Assembly: GCF_021028975.2 (NCBI RefSeq)
Contig: NC_059429.1
Location: forward strand, 84,692,001-84,756,000
DNA from: Sphaerodactylus townsendi
Taxonomy: Eukaryota
DNA length: 64,000 nucleotides
Direction: 5' to 3'
Part shown: positions 37,198 to 51,641 of the stretch, piece by piece
Numbering within the stretch: the stretch's first letter is position 1
How the letters are laid out: each line of letters starts with the position of its first letter
Program-made: the position numbers and the translations under genes
Notes under the pieces: generated by a model
Seen by the model: only the letters and a program-made list of their open reading frames with translations
Database searches by the model: none
What the model was told of the DNA's origin: nothing

Positions 37198-39229
37198 AAC
37201 TTAATAACCCGCTCACCCCCTAAGGGCTCTGGGCGGTGTATAAATTTACCAGCTGATGTTATTTACCTCCATGCCATTAAATGCTTCAACTGCCTGTTTC
37301 TATAAAGGTTCCATTAAAAGGGCAAGACATGTTTGTCTGTGTTGTTGGCAACCCTAGAGAAGGGGTATTGCCTTTATACTCAGTGTATAGAATTCCCTCC
37401 CACATGTGTTTGATTGGCTGCTTCTCTAAACAGAATGATAGATGAGAAAGACTGTTGGTGTCCATAGGCCAGAGAGATTTCATTGAAGAGAGGGGAAACA
37501 GGGCTTAACTGTTCTATTTGAGGTTTGTAATCTTCAAAACCTGAAAGGAACTTCTCCTCTCTCGGAAAATTGCAACACCTGTCTCATGCTGCATGAAGTC
37601 TTTTTTCAGGACTGTTACAGTCACTACAGGGACAGCAGAGCAAGAACTATTTCATCAGTTCCTTTCAAATTTGAAACATTAACAGCCCAATTCTGTGTAT
37701 TTTTCCTTAGAAGCAAATCCCTACCGAATTTAGTCAGTCAGTCATGTTATGCTCCCTAGCCCAATATAGCAGGTTTTGGAACCATGACAATTTAAGATGA
37801 CTCACAAATATGGTTGCCATCTTTTTTTGGCATGACTGTTGTGCTTTTAAGAGCTTCTTGACAGGCAGAATCCCACTATTTTTCCCAGTACAGAGATGGC
37901 AGAGATGAACAAAGCTATGAATTTCTGCCTATTTAAATATTTAACAAAACGCACGTGAAGTGCTATCAATTTTGAATGGTAAATATGCAGTTAAATCACA
38001 AAGTCTGGCTGCCTTTAAGACAGACATGGCAATTAGATTTTGTGCAGTTAACCCTTCCTTTTTACACTCATGCACACAATCCAAAATTGATGACAACTCT
38101 AGCATCATTTGCCCTTCACACTTCAATATTTTCCATACCTGAGTACATAAATCAACATATGAATTTGTCTGTAGAATGGCTGGAGATAATCTATAAAACC
38201 ACAATAAATATTTTAGAAACTGGCTGGCATGGATTTCTTTCACCATCTGTTGCCACAAGTAGACTGGCAGAAAGTGACCTGCCTTCTCAAATCTATTAAG
38301 GCCTATTATGAGCAGTAACTACCAGCTGGCCTCTTTTTTAATTGCTGCAATTCTTTGAGGGGGATTTAGCCATGATAGATTTGCCATAGCTAGTGTATTA
38401 CTGTCATAGCCAAGTAAGCTCAAGTACCATTTGATCCCAACCACTAATAGTGAAATCCTATGCAGAGATATTTTAGTCTATCCACTGATTTGATTGAGCT
38501 TAGAGTGGTGTAGGGCAGCATTACAAATAGATGCAGGGAGCAGGCTGTATGCATGCCTACACAGAAGTAACTCCCATTTGGTTCAGTGACAAGGATCCCA
38601 GGGATATGTTCTTAGGACTGCAGTCTAAAGCAGGTGAGATAATCTAGGGCCGTTATTACTCCTCATCTTCTCTCTGCTGTGATACTTCAGCACTTGAGAC
38701 TTCACATTTTGTCTAGATGCCTCCATGCTACATGCACAGCATTCACAATTTGGATGCCTCTTCAATTCACTTTCCAAGATATTAACAGCATCAGACGTGC
38801 CTCAGGATAGGATACTATGTACAGTGGTCATTTCACCATAGCAAGAGAACTGAAGATACATCTGAGTGGTGATAAGGGGAACCAGAGAGTCCTGTGAATG
38901 AATGCATGGCGGGAAGTAGTTTTGGGGATGGCCAGTAGGTTTGTAAAACCTACGTCAGGGCAGAAGCCATTTTTCAGTTACTATAAGGCTCGATAATTTT
39001 AAATAAAGTTTATTTCTCATGTCAGTGTCCTGTAATGTCATTTTATGGAGCTTACAACAGCTACATGAAAAAGAAAACAGAAAATCCAAAAAATAGTAAA
39101 TCAAAATCTCCTGGAAATCTAATATGAGAAAGACATGCTGCAGAAATTGAGGTAGAAATAAGATTGGAATTATACTACATCACAAATGATGCAAATAAAA
39201 AAAAGATGAGAACCTTCAGTCAGCACAGT

Positions 39230-40005
39230 TTCTTCATGTGGCAGTTTGATGAGGATTCAGAGAAGGAAAAATTAACCCCATGAATTATTAAAACCACAAG
39301 AGATACCTCAGGAGCATTGGTCAATTATTTCCTTGGATGCTATTACAGTCTTGCCCCCCAGTCATGGGAAGACTGTCATTTGGATAGTCACTGACACCTT
39401 CTCGAAGTAAGCCCACTTTGTGCCATGTAGGCAGGTTCTTACAGCTCAGAAGTTGGCCCAGCTATTTGTCCAACAGATCTACCACCTTCATTCAATCTCT
39501 ACCAAAATAATTTTTGATCGGGTACACAGTTCGTGTCCAAGTTTTGGAGGTGCTTTTCGAAAATTCTGAGAGTGGAGTAAGGGCTAAGCCCACCTACTAT
39601 CCACAGATGGATGGACAAATGGAGAAGGTGAACCAGGTACTGAAGCAATAACTAAGATGTTACATTAATTATCATCAAGATGATTGGGTGGACTTATTGC
39701 CATCTGCAGAGTTTGCATACAACAATGCAGTTCATCAAAGCAGGGGACATTCATCATTCAAATCGATATGTGGACAGGAAGGGAGCCTTCCCCTGAGTTA
39801 AGAGACTCTGCTGGGACCCCTGGGGACTCAAGAGACTAGCTGGAAAAGATCCAGCAGTCCTGGCAGGGCATAGTTCACGTGCTAGAAAAGGCCAAGGAGA
39901 CATGCAAAGCTCGAGCTGATAAGAAATGGACTGCCATGTGCCTCAGACCAGGAGACAGCATTTGCAGCTCCACCAAAAACCTCTTGTGTGCTCAGCCCAG
40001 TCATA
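39230..40005 (+). mobile_element. Decayed Ty3/Gypsy integrase fragment
   Basis: HWSIISLDAITVLP..VTDTFSK*AHFVPC..IIFDR..QFVSKFW..YPQMDGQMEKVNQVLKQ*LRCYINYHQDDWVDLLPSAEFAYNNAVH..STKNL, with many stops and frameshifts. Confidence 0.85.
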
Positions 40006-40564
40006 AATAAATCTAAGCTGGTGTACTCAGAAGCAAGGCCCATTTTATTCAATGGTACTTATATCTTTAGGATTACAGACTTTAGGTCTCACCTAGGGAG
40101 AACAGTGGAGTATTAATGTTTAAATAAACAATTAAATGATAATCAGATGTTACACAACAAAGAAAGAAGAATGGAACAAAAGAAATAAAGAGACAGTTAA
40201 GTACAATTTAAAGCACTGCCCTCTCGTGTGTGTATGTTCAGTGCCATCAACTTGCAGCTGACTTAACGGTAACTCAAGCAAGAGACTTCCAAGGCATGTG
40301 AGAATCAGAGGTGATTTGCCTCCCTTCTGAGGTCTCACCCTGCTTCACTTCTGAGATCTGATGAGATCAGGCTATGCCACCTTCCCTCGGCCTTCCCCCC
40401 GCCCCCCCAAATACCAGGGAAACAAGAAGTGATTAAAGATTGCTTCTGGTATGTCACGGCTAAGAAACAAGTAGTAATGAATTGAACTCATCAGTGGAAG
40501 TAGCTCTGAAATCTGAAGACAAAGGAGCAGAACAGGAGTCCTGAGAAACTCTCAAGAGCATCTT

Positions 40565-40892
40565 GAAGAAGAAAAAGAAGAGTTTGGATTTGTAACCATA
40601 AACAAACAGCAAGGGAAACGTGTGTAACAACTAAGTTTGGATTTGTACCCTGCTTTTCTCAACTGTAAGGAGTCTCAAAGTGTCTTACAATCTCCTTCTC
40701 TTCCTCTCCCCACAACAGTCACTTTGTGAGGTAGGTGGAACTGAGAGAGTTCTCAGAGAACTATGATTAGCCCAAGGTCATCCAGCAGGCTTCAAGTGTG
40801 GGAGCGAGGGGGAAATCCAGATTAGAGTCTACCACTCATGTAAAAGAGTGGGGAATTGGACCTAGTTCTCCATATTAGAGTCCACTATTCTT
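40565..40892 (-). mobile_element. tRNA-derived SINE (Squam3-like), runs into an assembly gap
   Basis: Reverse complement of the 6722-type SINE with a (GAA)n tail. Confidence 0.75.
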
Positions 40893-41035
40893 NNNNNNNN
40901 NNNNNNNNNNNNNNNNNNNNNNNNNNNNNNNNNNNNNNNNNNNNNNNNNNNNNNNNNNNNNNNNNNNNNNNNNNNNNNNNNNNNNNNNNNNNNNNNNNNN
41001 NNNNNNNNNNNNNNNNNNNNNNNNNNNNNNNNNNN
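40893..41035. other. Assembly gap
   Basis: Run of N. Confidence 1.
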
Positions 41036-44000
41036 AGTGAAGGTGGAAAGTGAATGAAGAGAGGAAGTCTTGCTGCTCCAGGCATGGTGTTGTTCCCCAC
41101 AGTCACCTGCAGGGAAAAGGGTGGTGCTGGAAGGCTGCCTACAGCACAGCTGCCTTTCCAGGGGCGCAGCACAGGCAAGGTGCCTGGTCAGTTAATCGGG
41201 GAACAGTGCATCAGACACTGGAAACCCTCCAGCACCTTGGTGGAGGCCTCCTGCCACCTGCCCAGCCCTTGGGGAGACTGCCCGCCTGCTGCCCCCTTGC
41301 ATCCTCACTGAGCAGGCAGTACCTGAGGCAGCTCTCAGCAGGGAAGGGGGAGCCAGATGGGGCCACCTGCCTACCTCCTGCGAGCTACTGCCCTGGCAGA
41401 CATGGCCAGCTGATGAAGGAGATGCTGTGGGGGGGGGGGGGATGTTGCAACCCGAAAAGGCACTGAAGGCTGGAGAAGGAGATGCTGTAGGGAGCAGGTG
41501 CAGCTGGTAACCAGCCAGCCAGCAAGCACTGCCAAGAGAAAGAAGGAGAGGTGGGCAGGCAGCAGAAGTGTTGGCAGTGGTGTGGCTCACTTTCTTGTGC
41601 AGCTCTCGCTCCTCGTTGCACTGGTGCTGCAGGACTTGGGAGGGGGGAGGGGGGAGAATGAGGGCCTCGACCTTTCTCACCCTAATTCCAAACACCAACC
41701 TGCCCAGCCTGGTTCCCACTTGTCCTTCTGATCTGAGGGGGCAGGGGGGGCAGAGGCACATGGTCATGAGACCCCCTGCCCTCTCCCCAAGATATGTCCC
41801 TGCTGACATTTGAAAGTCTAGGTAGTGCTATACATTAGTTGATGTACAGACCCAAGTCATGCCTCGGTAATAATCAAATTTGAGTTGCACTTTTTGGCTA
41901 CTTTTTTACTTATACAATCTATAAACAACATCTTGTTTAGTGGAGAAAGGGCATCTGAACTCCAGATTCATTGTCAGGTTGCTGAAGAGACCTGCTAGGA
42001 AAGTTTTCTGAAGAGGCAGTGTATACTCTGGGCTTTTCCACATGCTTAACTTATTCCTAATTTTCTTGGCAGTTAACCTATATGCATTGGAATTGGTTTG
42101 GGCATGATTCTTCCACACATCTGGCCTCTCTCTGCATTTTCACAGTTGTGGAATCAGTTTCTTTTCTCCCAGACATGCCTTAAATAATTAGGATTTTCAG
42201 CGGATGGTGCTGTTATCACCTGTGGTGTCAACGTTGTCATCAGAGCACACATGCACTTTTATTTTGGGGGCATGTTTATATCAATATATTGATACTATAG
42301 ATTGACAACCAGTTGCAAATACAATTGCTCCTGAATCTGAACACTTGCATAATTGTGATATGAAGAAAAACCGAAGGCCTCATGGAAAAGAATGACCACT
42401 AAATTGACAATGGCAAGAATGTAACTAAGACTGAAAAGGTGACATCACAGTATAGGTTAGTCCTTTTTTGAAACTGAGCAATCTCTGTCTACACCCGCAG
42501 TGAGAGAAAGATATCCAAGACCAGCTGTCGGATATTTACAAACTCTGAATGGAACAGATTTCTGTAAATTCAAAACTGCAGCATTTGCAAACTCAGTGCA
42601 CAATTGTAATCACAAGCGAGCCAAGAACTGCTAAAGATTATAAACCTGTGGTAATGTCATTCCAGTTTTTATCCTAATATGGAGGCTAAAAGTTTTTAAG
42701 TGCCTAAAATATCAGGAGTCAGTAAGCAGTAAGAAAGAGGAAAGTCACCCCCCCCCCAAACCCCTTCAAGCTAATTATTTCCTCTTTTAAAAAGACTGGT
42801 ATTTTTGATGATAGAAAAATGGCTGACTATAGAGAGATGTCAAGAGTAAAGATGCCAACATTTTACCCAGTTTCAATGCCTTTAACAGGAGCCTAATAAA
42901 CTAGTCCCATTGGAACCTTTGAAGGAGATTCCAAGAAGCAGAACATGCACTTGGGGGGTTCAGTGAATATTGGCATAATTCCCTCTTCTCCCTTCGTTCT
43001 GAAAGTGAACTTAGCTGCAGCGAAGTTTGTACCAAAAAAAAGCTACTCTGAGACTTCCTGCCTCCTATTCCAACAGTAATGCTAGCCTCTTGAAGAACAG
43101 CTTTAATTGAGCATGGTTGTTTGTGAGGGGCTTCACACAGTGATGCCATGGGGAGAGAGGGATGGAGTAGCTTTGTGACAGAAACATCATTCCTGTGATT
43201 GGCTGCCCATTTTGCAACCTATCCTTTCTAAACATTTCGTTCTCCCTCCTCCACTCCAACCACACTCATTATAAGCTTTTCAGCAGATTCACTCTGAGAT
43301 ATAGAAAAATACAGAAAGAGAAAGAGAGTTGGCCTCTTTCTTCATTCAAGGCAGAAGGAAGAAAAGTGGTATGTACATTTGTAATCTGCGCTGCTTTCAG
43401 CAATTTTCTCTTCTACCTTTCTGTCCTTAACATGCAGGGATCAGGAACTTTCACGCTCTGTTCAGAAACACTGTGACTGTGGAAGTAGCCTAGGAGTTGG
43501 GGCTAATATGCAGCAAAAGAGCTCTTCTACCATTGTGCAATTCTCAAAAGCTTGTTGCACTTAGGTTTGTTCTATGGAAGATTTGTGGGAAGTAAAGATG
43601 TAGAGTGCTCACTTTTTTAATCAGTACATCTCTTTTAGGCCAGCATTCTCAGAAATATTTGTGTGCCTAAGTGTGGTTATCTGTGTACATGTATCAGAAC
43701 ATGTGTGTAATAATGGATCTTACATGCTGGTTTCTGCATACATGAATGTATACGCACATCTTTGCATGCATGTGCATCTTTACATGTGATGTGTGTTGTA
43801 ATATGAGTTATATGTGAGTATGTGTGCACCATGCCTGCTTAGATATTAGTATACCTATGCTAACCCACACTTGTAGACGTAAACATCGACATAGTAAAAA
43901 CGCAAGTGGAAGTCGATAAGCATGCGTATACACATTTAAGTCCATAAAAACAACATAGATGATGATAATACAAATACTTGAAAAGGTGGAACACATACTT

Positions 44001-44828
44001 TTAGCTATTTTTTTCTTTGCTACTGCCCAAGCACCAGGATGTTTGGAATGAAACAACCCAACTTCCAAGAAAGTTGATCAATTTTAAATATCTCTGCACA
44101 GTTTGCCCTTGTACTGCATGAAGGGCAGTACAATTCAGAATGCTTCTTTCCTTTAGGGGGCCAGAGCTTCTGACCCCCATTTCATTTTCTTAAAGCTGGC
44201 TTTTGTCTGGGTAATTCCACTGACCTCTCAGGCTACAAAGGAATGTATGTCTCTATAAGAATGTGCAGGCACAGATAATATATGACAACAGCACACCTAA
44301 ATGGCATGCTATGAAAGCAAATAGTAGCATCCTAGGAAATCTTCAAAGGCTCATATTTTCTTTCTGTGTATGTGCAATTCACAAAGGGTAGATAAATGCT
44401 TAGAGTGACATATAGTTTGGGTGTAATTGGAGAAAGTGTGGAAATTTTTTAATTGGGTTGGATATATTTTTAAGATTAAATGACAGCAGTTTGAACTGGA
44501 ATGACAGCATTTCCCCACTATACTTTTTCGTGATAGAAACTGTCTCCGTTGCACTTATGTTAGCTTTGGTAGACAATAAAGGCAAGTATAATACAGACAC
44601 CCTTTGTTTTCTTATCAGGGCTCACAGAAGCTTGAGGGAGCCAGCTTCTGTTATGAGCCCCTGTATCTGCTTTTTGACTTTAAAAAAATGTCAGGAAGCT
44701 TGATCATGGATTGCTCACATTTTGTCAAGTTGCATTATTAGAAACATAAAATGTTATGGATCATGAGTATTATTTGGATTTCCTTTTAGTGTATATAGGG
44801 ATGTGCAGATAAGCCTGTGACATGTTTT

Positions 44829-45122
44829 AGAAGAAGTAGAGTTTGGATTGATACCCCACTTTTCTCAACTGTAAGGAGTCTCAAAGCAACTTACAAACTC
44901 CTCTGTTTCTTCTCCCCACAACAGACACCTTGTGAGGTAGGTGGAGCTGAGAGACTTCTGAGAGAACTGTGATTAGCCCTTAAGTCACCCAGCAAACTTC
45001 ATGTGTTGACTGGGGAAATAACCCAGTTCACCAGGTTTGAGTCCGCAGCTCAAGCGGAAGGGTAGGGAATCAAACCTGGTTCTCCAGATTAGAGTCCACC
45101 ATTCATAACCACTACACCACAC
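44829..45122 (-). mobile_element. tRNA-derived SINE (Squam3-like)
   Basis: Full reverse-complement copy ending ...aaccactacaccac. Confidence 0.8.
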
Positions 45123-48100
45123 TTGCTTCCCATATGTCACATTGCAAACTGCTCATAAAAATGTCCAAAGGTTGAAGGTACTTAGTAAGTGTTGGGCAGC
45201 AGATATATATAGTTTAATATTTTGAGCTAAGTTAGTGCTGCCCAGGTTTGCCTAGCTTTTCACAGGCATGATCCGTTTTCTCTCTGTCAGGCCAGTTGCC
45301 AATGAAGGTTTATATTAATATAACGTAGGGAATAAGAGAGAGACTGGTTTCTAAGTGTTAGGTGCAATGTGCTGTGCCTTTAAGATCTTCGCCACAGCAT
45401 GACTGGTTATGCATACTCTGCCTGCCCAGTGCCTGTCCAATGCCTGTGTTCTCTGCATTAGGCTCTCTTTGTATTTTTCCTGCTACAAGCAAGGAAGAGT
45501 CCCAACTGCAGCAGCCATGTTCGCCTGCGTGTTCTTCCAGGTTGTCAGGGGTCATTGCATTCTTCTTCCTCTAAAAAACAACAACACATTTTTATTCCAT
45601 TGTTGCTTTCATGCATTGATGGAAAGGTGTGATTAAAATTAGGCAGGTGGAAGGTATTTCCCGATCCCCCTGAAGTGCAGGAGAAGTACGTGGGTAGGGG
45701 AATGCAAGCAGACACAAAGCAGGTCCTATGAATATTGGGCTGCTTTGCTCTTGCAGTGCAGGCACAGAAAAAGCTGGACTTTTGCCACTCTTTAAACCTG
45801 GGTCATCTCCCATCTGTTGTGGGGTGAGTGTAGCAGGAGGAAAAAGACATCCATGAGGAAAAGTCTGCCAGACATGAAATGCATATTAGGCCTTATGTTT
45901 GCAGGAGCTTTGCTCAGTTCCTGCTGGGATGGGCAAATCTCCCTCCCCAAGAGAGTCTTTCCTGTAACTATTCAGTTGGGCAGCAGGGGGTAAAGGCTGA
46001 TGACCTGTGTCCCAATGTGCTGATATTCAAACCAAAACTCTATGATTAAACGATAGAATTGTGGCCGGATACTAAAGCATCCACCAGAGGCGAATCTCCT
46101 GCTGGTTTTTTGCCTCCTATGAGCAAACTTAGTTTGCAACCAGTTTTTACTTTCACTATCAACCCAAGTTTTTCTGATCCACAAAACCAGCTTCTCTTTG
46201 TAGCTGCCTTAGGCTGCCTTAGGCTGCCTTTTCTGAATCTTTTCCCCTCCTGATATGATATCAGTTCTGATGATTGAAGGGGGGGGGCACTGTGCACCTT
46301 AAATAAATTAGTATTTTTCATTGGTTCCACTCTCTGACTGATCAGCTCTGTTGCTGGGCACATGGGCTCTACCACTTGACCCCATTGGTCTTACCTTTGT
46401 GTAGGAGGGCCCAAGCCTGAACTCCACCTCTTGCCTGATTTTGGCAGTCACAAGGTAAATGCATAGGGTTGTGTTCTGCTAGCTTTTCAACAGATGAAAT
46501 AATGAACTTCTTTTGACAACTTAATATGCTATTCCATAGACTCTGCATAGGCACAAAGCCAAAAAGAATGAGAACTATATTCAAAAAGAGAATTGGATGT
46601 GATCACCCTTCCTCTTACTGTTCTTGCAATCAGAAAAACTGGTAAGATAGCCCCTAGGCCCTTGAACCATGGTCACATGCTTGAAACATGTGAAGTATTA
46701 ATCAAGAACAGAGTACATCTGGGTAATGTATCCTTGACCCTCAGTGAAAAGTCATTGCAGACCTTTGGGGTATGGTTGACACAAGGATTGTGCATCTGGA
46801 TAATGTTGAAGGGGAAATAGACCAGGAAAAACCATATCGGCTTTTGGGCGTTTATTTTTGGCCAAACAAATTGGTGGTAATTTATGGAAACTAAAAAGTG
46901 GAACCCCCCCCCCCCTACAGAATTTTCCTGGCATTTTTCAAGTTACCATTAAAAATGGTGTTAACCCTCTTCCTCTCACTTACCTGCTGAATGCCTCCTT
47001 CAAAGTCCATATGGGCTTAGAGGCAGCAGAAAGCTGAACACTGGGCTTGGCCTGACCCGATCCAGGATTCATCTCTGCCCTGTCCCCTCAGAAGTCCACT
47101 TGAAAGGTGCAGAGCTGAATGCTGGGCTGGGCTCTGCTCAGCCACTTGGACCTTGGAGGCAGTGGAGGTGCAAGGCTGTCGAGTCCAAATTCCACATGGA
47201 GGTGGCAGGGCAGAGCTGTAGGCTGGGCTCGAAAATGTTGGAAAAGCTGAAAAAAGCTGGGGGAAACTGCCATACTGGCATGGGACTTCAGCTTTTGGGA
47301 CTTTTCTAGAAATGTCTGGGTCTTTTAAACCCAACTCTCAAAAATACTGAAAAAAATTGTGACACTCCTAATTGGTACCTTTTCTATCTGCTTGTGTAGT
47401 TGCACTTTTAATAGTATTGGTATGCAGTAATTAACAGGTTATAGTTAGGTTTGCCAGTTCTGGGTTAGAAAATTCCTGGAAGTTTGGGGGTGGAGAGGAG
47501 ACTGGGGGATGGTGGGGTCTGGAGAGGGGAGGAACCTCCATGGGGTGTAATGACATCAAGTCCATCCTACAAAACAGCGTTTTTTTTCTCCAGGAAAAAT
47601 GATCTCTGTATTTTGGACATCAGTTGTAATTCTGGGAGATCTACTGGCCCCACCAGAAGGATGGCAATCCTAAAAGGTTTATTTCCATGCCATGAAAACC
47701 TTCACCTTCTTTGACTATCAAACTGCTATTAAAGCAAGAACCAGCAATTTTCTTGGTCTTATCTGAGAGCCTTATGAGCTGCTACCTCTGAACAAAGCTT
47801 ACGAGATGATCTGAAAAGCTTCCACTGAGATGTAGCATCCTGCACACTCCTTGCTAGCTGCTGCAAAAAGGTGGTGCTGTTTCCTAAAAGCTAATACAGA
47901 CTGCTGCTTATGGTTGCCAAGTGGTCAGTCAAGAGCTAAGAGGAAGAGTCTACAACTCAGATGTCCTGTATTTCAAGCCCTAGCTCTGTGCTTAGTGCAG
48001 AGCCTCTCTCCAGCTGGTGAACTGGGATAACCTTACGGGTGGTATGTGGGTGGGTATGCTTACTAGTTGTTGGAATGTAAATTCTGGGTCAAGAGATGGA

Positions 48101-48429
48101 ACTGAAAAATAAGTCCTGGACAAAGGGTCATTTATGGCTTGTTCATTAAAAACAAAAAACATTAGGAACTGTTAAAAATGAAAGCTTCAGAGCACCCAAT
48201 TGACTCCGGGAATGGAATATGAGCAGCTAAAGTGTATATGTGTGTGGGTAAGGGTACTTGACAGCTGATTCTGAGCTAAGGCTTATGACTGATCAGGACA
48301 ATTTGGAAAATGGACTCTTCCTAGAATTTAAGTATGGTGTATTCTTCAGTTTGATATGTAACTTGTTGTGTGATTAACTGGTCACTAAAATCAGAAAGCA
48401 GCAAATGTATCACTCATTTTTTTAAAAAA

Positions 48430-49250
48430 AAAAAGGCCAGAGGAGATCCAGGATATCACAAGCCAGTCAACCTAACATCTGTTCCAGGTAAATTAGAAAA
48501 GGTTATTATTAAATATAGCATTATTAAGCACATAGAAAAGAAAAGCCTACTGAGGGAAAATCAGCATGGCTTTTGCAAAGTAAGTTCTGCCTCATCAAAC
48601 TTTTGGAGTTTTTTAAGAGAGCTAACAAGTATATGGATAAGGGTGATCCAGTAGACATTATTTACTAGATATTCCAAAAGGCTTATAACAATGTTCTTTA
48701 CCAAAGACTCCTGAATAAACCTAGCAGTCATGGGATAAGTAGCCTAATGGAGAACAAGAAGATGCAGGTAGAAGTGAACAGTTCTCACAGGTGGACAGTT
48801 CTCACAAAGAAAATATGCAGCGAGGTTCTACAAAGATTGGCACCTGTCACAGGTGCTATTTACTTTGGTCATAAATTGTATAGAACTGGGGTGAGTAAAG
48901 TTTTAGCCAAGTTTGCAGACAATATCAAATTATTCAGGATGATGACAATCAAGCGCATCATGAAGAGCTCCGAAATGAGTGAATGAATGGCAAATAGGTT
49001 TGCCATCTCCTGGTTGCCTCTGTACCAAATAGCGTCAGATGCAGTCCACCCTCCAAAGTAGCCATTTTCTCCAGGGGACACAATCAATCTAGTCCAGAGA
49101 TCAGTTTTAATTCCAGAAGGCCTCCAGGCCCCACTTGAAGGTTGGCAACCCTGGATGCAAATGAAGTTCAGCATAGGTAAGTGTAAGATAATACACACTA
49201 GAACAAGAAATCCTAACAAATAGGCTGATAAAGTCTAAACTGGCCAACTC
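48430..49250 (+). mobile_element. Old CR1 RT fragment interrupted by a DNA element at 48995-49153
   Basis: GDPGYHKPVNLTSVPGK..ENQHGFCK..AKFADNIKLF..MKFSIGKCKIIH. The insert has TAGGTTTGCC/GGCAACCCTG ends and approximate 8-bp flanks atggcaaa/gatgcaaa. Confidence 0.75.
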
Positions 49251-51641
49251 TGGCCTTTTCCACACATAGCACTTATTTTAGGCACTGTTGGTTCATTTGT
49301 TTCCTACTATTTTTGTTGGCACACCTCCCTTTGAAGGGCTATTTCTGGTTTACTTTAATCACTTTCATCTTGTCTGAACTGGAAGAGGTGGGGGTGCCAC
49401 ATCATTTGATTGTGCTGGATACCCCCACACAATTTTCAGAGGGGTTTGTGCATGGCAGTGATGCAATGAATTGTTAAATCACTAAAGTTCTTGCAAAGCC
49501 ACCTCTCAGTCCACTCACGGGTCACCGTGGTCATGATTTCCTTTTTGAAAACCTGCCTCCCTTGTTTGCTGAGATTCTCTGATCTGGTTTTCTAGGCAAG
49601 CGGCTATATTGCATGTTGAAGAATCTCTGTGCTGGAATAACATTCAGAAGCTGCAAATCCCTGTGTTCTTGCCCTCAGAAATACTAGTCAGACTGATAGA
49701 GTTCTGGCACCTTTTAAATTATTATGAGTTAGGACAGACTTGGAAGGCAGCGCTCACAGGTTTCTTTCTGTTCTTGTGATCTAGTATGGCCATTTACTAT
49801 AGAATTCCTGTGATTTTAAAGGCTGAATCAATCACAAAAGTCTAGCAGCTTCAGCTTTCCTCATCTTCATGTCAGAAAGAGCACAGAAGCTCTGATAAAA
49901 ATAGGACAACTCACCCTATACTGGGAATTGTAGTGCCTGCCTAAACATCCTTTATTTTATTTTAATTATTTATTAAAATACGTATATTCCACTTTTGCCG
50001 TTGCTCAAGGCACCTTAAAATTCAAGCCTGAAAACATGGTGGTGATGAAAAATGCCACCAAGTTGCAGCCAACTTATGGTGATCCCGCAATGATTTAAAG
50101 GCAAGCGTCATTCAGAGGTGGCTTGCCAGTATCTACCTCTGTGTAGCAACCCTGGAATACCTTGATTGTTTTCAATCCAAATACTGACCAGGGTCAATCC
50201 AGTTTACCGATCCTGACATTACCCTGCAGTCTACACTCCCTTAAAAACCCTAGCAAATAAATGGCCTTGAGCAGCATCTCCGGAACACCTCCAGAGATGG
50301 CAGACTCCTTATTCCTCAGGTTCATTTGCTGAAACCACAACAAAGAACAACCTTCAATGCTTTATTTGGATGAATGTCAGGATTTTAGCACTATGTGGGA
50401 CAAAACCCAGGTAATAAGCAGTAATTTGTGAGCTGTAATCCACCCAATTGCTAACAGCATCTGAGCATTTCCACTGATAGTGTGAACTTGGACTCCATTT
50501 CGGAATCTGCCTCCCACTTTGCTACTGCAGACCAGAATGTCCTTTCAGCCTTGTCTGATGAACAGTCAAAGCTGTTTTATGTACCAGAGGTGACTCTACC
50601 CTGGGCCTCTTCAGCACAGTGGAACATTCAAGCATAAGAAAACTGAAAGGGGAAGGAGAGTAATAATCTCCCAGGGCTCAAAGCTTCATCCATTTGTTCT
50701 CTGCAGCTGTGAGGCCCCCAGCTTGTAAAGGGGTTTCTTTTGAAAACGCTGTAGGGCAAGTCAGGTCAGACAGGCTCTGGAAGCAACAGGAGGTATAATA
50801 ATAAGGAGCGAAAGCAAATGCTTAACAAGTTGGTGCAAGAAAGCCAAGTATTCAGTTGCACAGAAGGCAGAGATGGAGATGTGATTGTTAAATAAGAAGG
50901 AAGCCTAGGAAGTGGCTCTTAGATTGGGAATATACTACCGAATAAACTCTACTGAATGAAGAAGCTTTTAACCTTGAGAAAGACCCTTTTAGCACTGCTG
51001 CTTCTATCACTTCCTGTGCTTAAGCTTTGCCATAAAAGTGGCTGAGGTTTGTCTGGAAGCCAAACCAAGCCAGTGCAGGGAGGTAGTGTTGCCAGCTCCA
51101 ACTTGGGAAATTCCCAGAGATCTGGAATGGGGGGTAGAGTCTAGGGAGGAACCTCAGCAGAGTCCATTTCCTTCAGGGTGAGTAATTGCCGTACTCTGGA
51201 AATCACTTGCAATGTTAGGAAAGTTCCAGGACCCACCTGGAGGCTGGCAACCCTAAGGGGAGGAAGTGGATTGGTCTGGTAGTGTTTGATTATTAGTGGG
51301 AGAAAAACATTCTATTCATGCTCTCAGGGTACAGTTTATTTTGTCATTCCAACTCATATTTTAGAAGTGAACCACTGCACTAAAAATGGACTCTAGAGCT
51401 ATGTTTTGGTGAGCCTTGGCTATTAGGTGTTGAAATTTCCTTTCATCCTTCTGGATTCCAATCTGCTCAGTGGGGTGGGCTTTTCTTTTCATTTTATGAA
51501 TGCATGACTGATTGACTGATTCCCAGATACACTGATGTGCCCAAATCTGTGTCTGAATAGAAAGCATTGTGTTTATTCCTGCTGCCTTTTTTTTTTAAAA
51601 AAAAGTATGCTGTTGTTTCTCCCTACTTAGTCAGACCCAGG

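Noticed and set aside
41050-41813. GC-rich region with overlapping ORFs up to 205 aa
   Set aside because: Low-complexity translations in several frames with no recognisable domain; GC content explains the lack of stops. Probably a decayed repeat.
45720-50810. Candidate non-coding first exon of OPTC (GTGAGT at 45824; GTATAA at about 50793)
   Set aside because: Motifs alone are insufficient.
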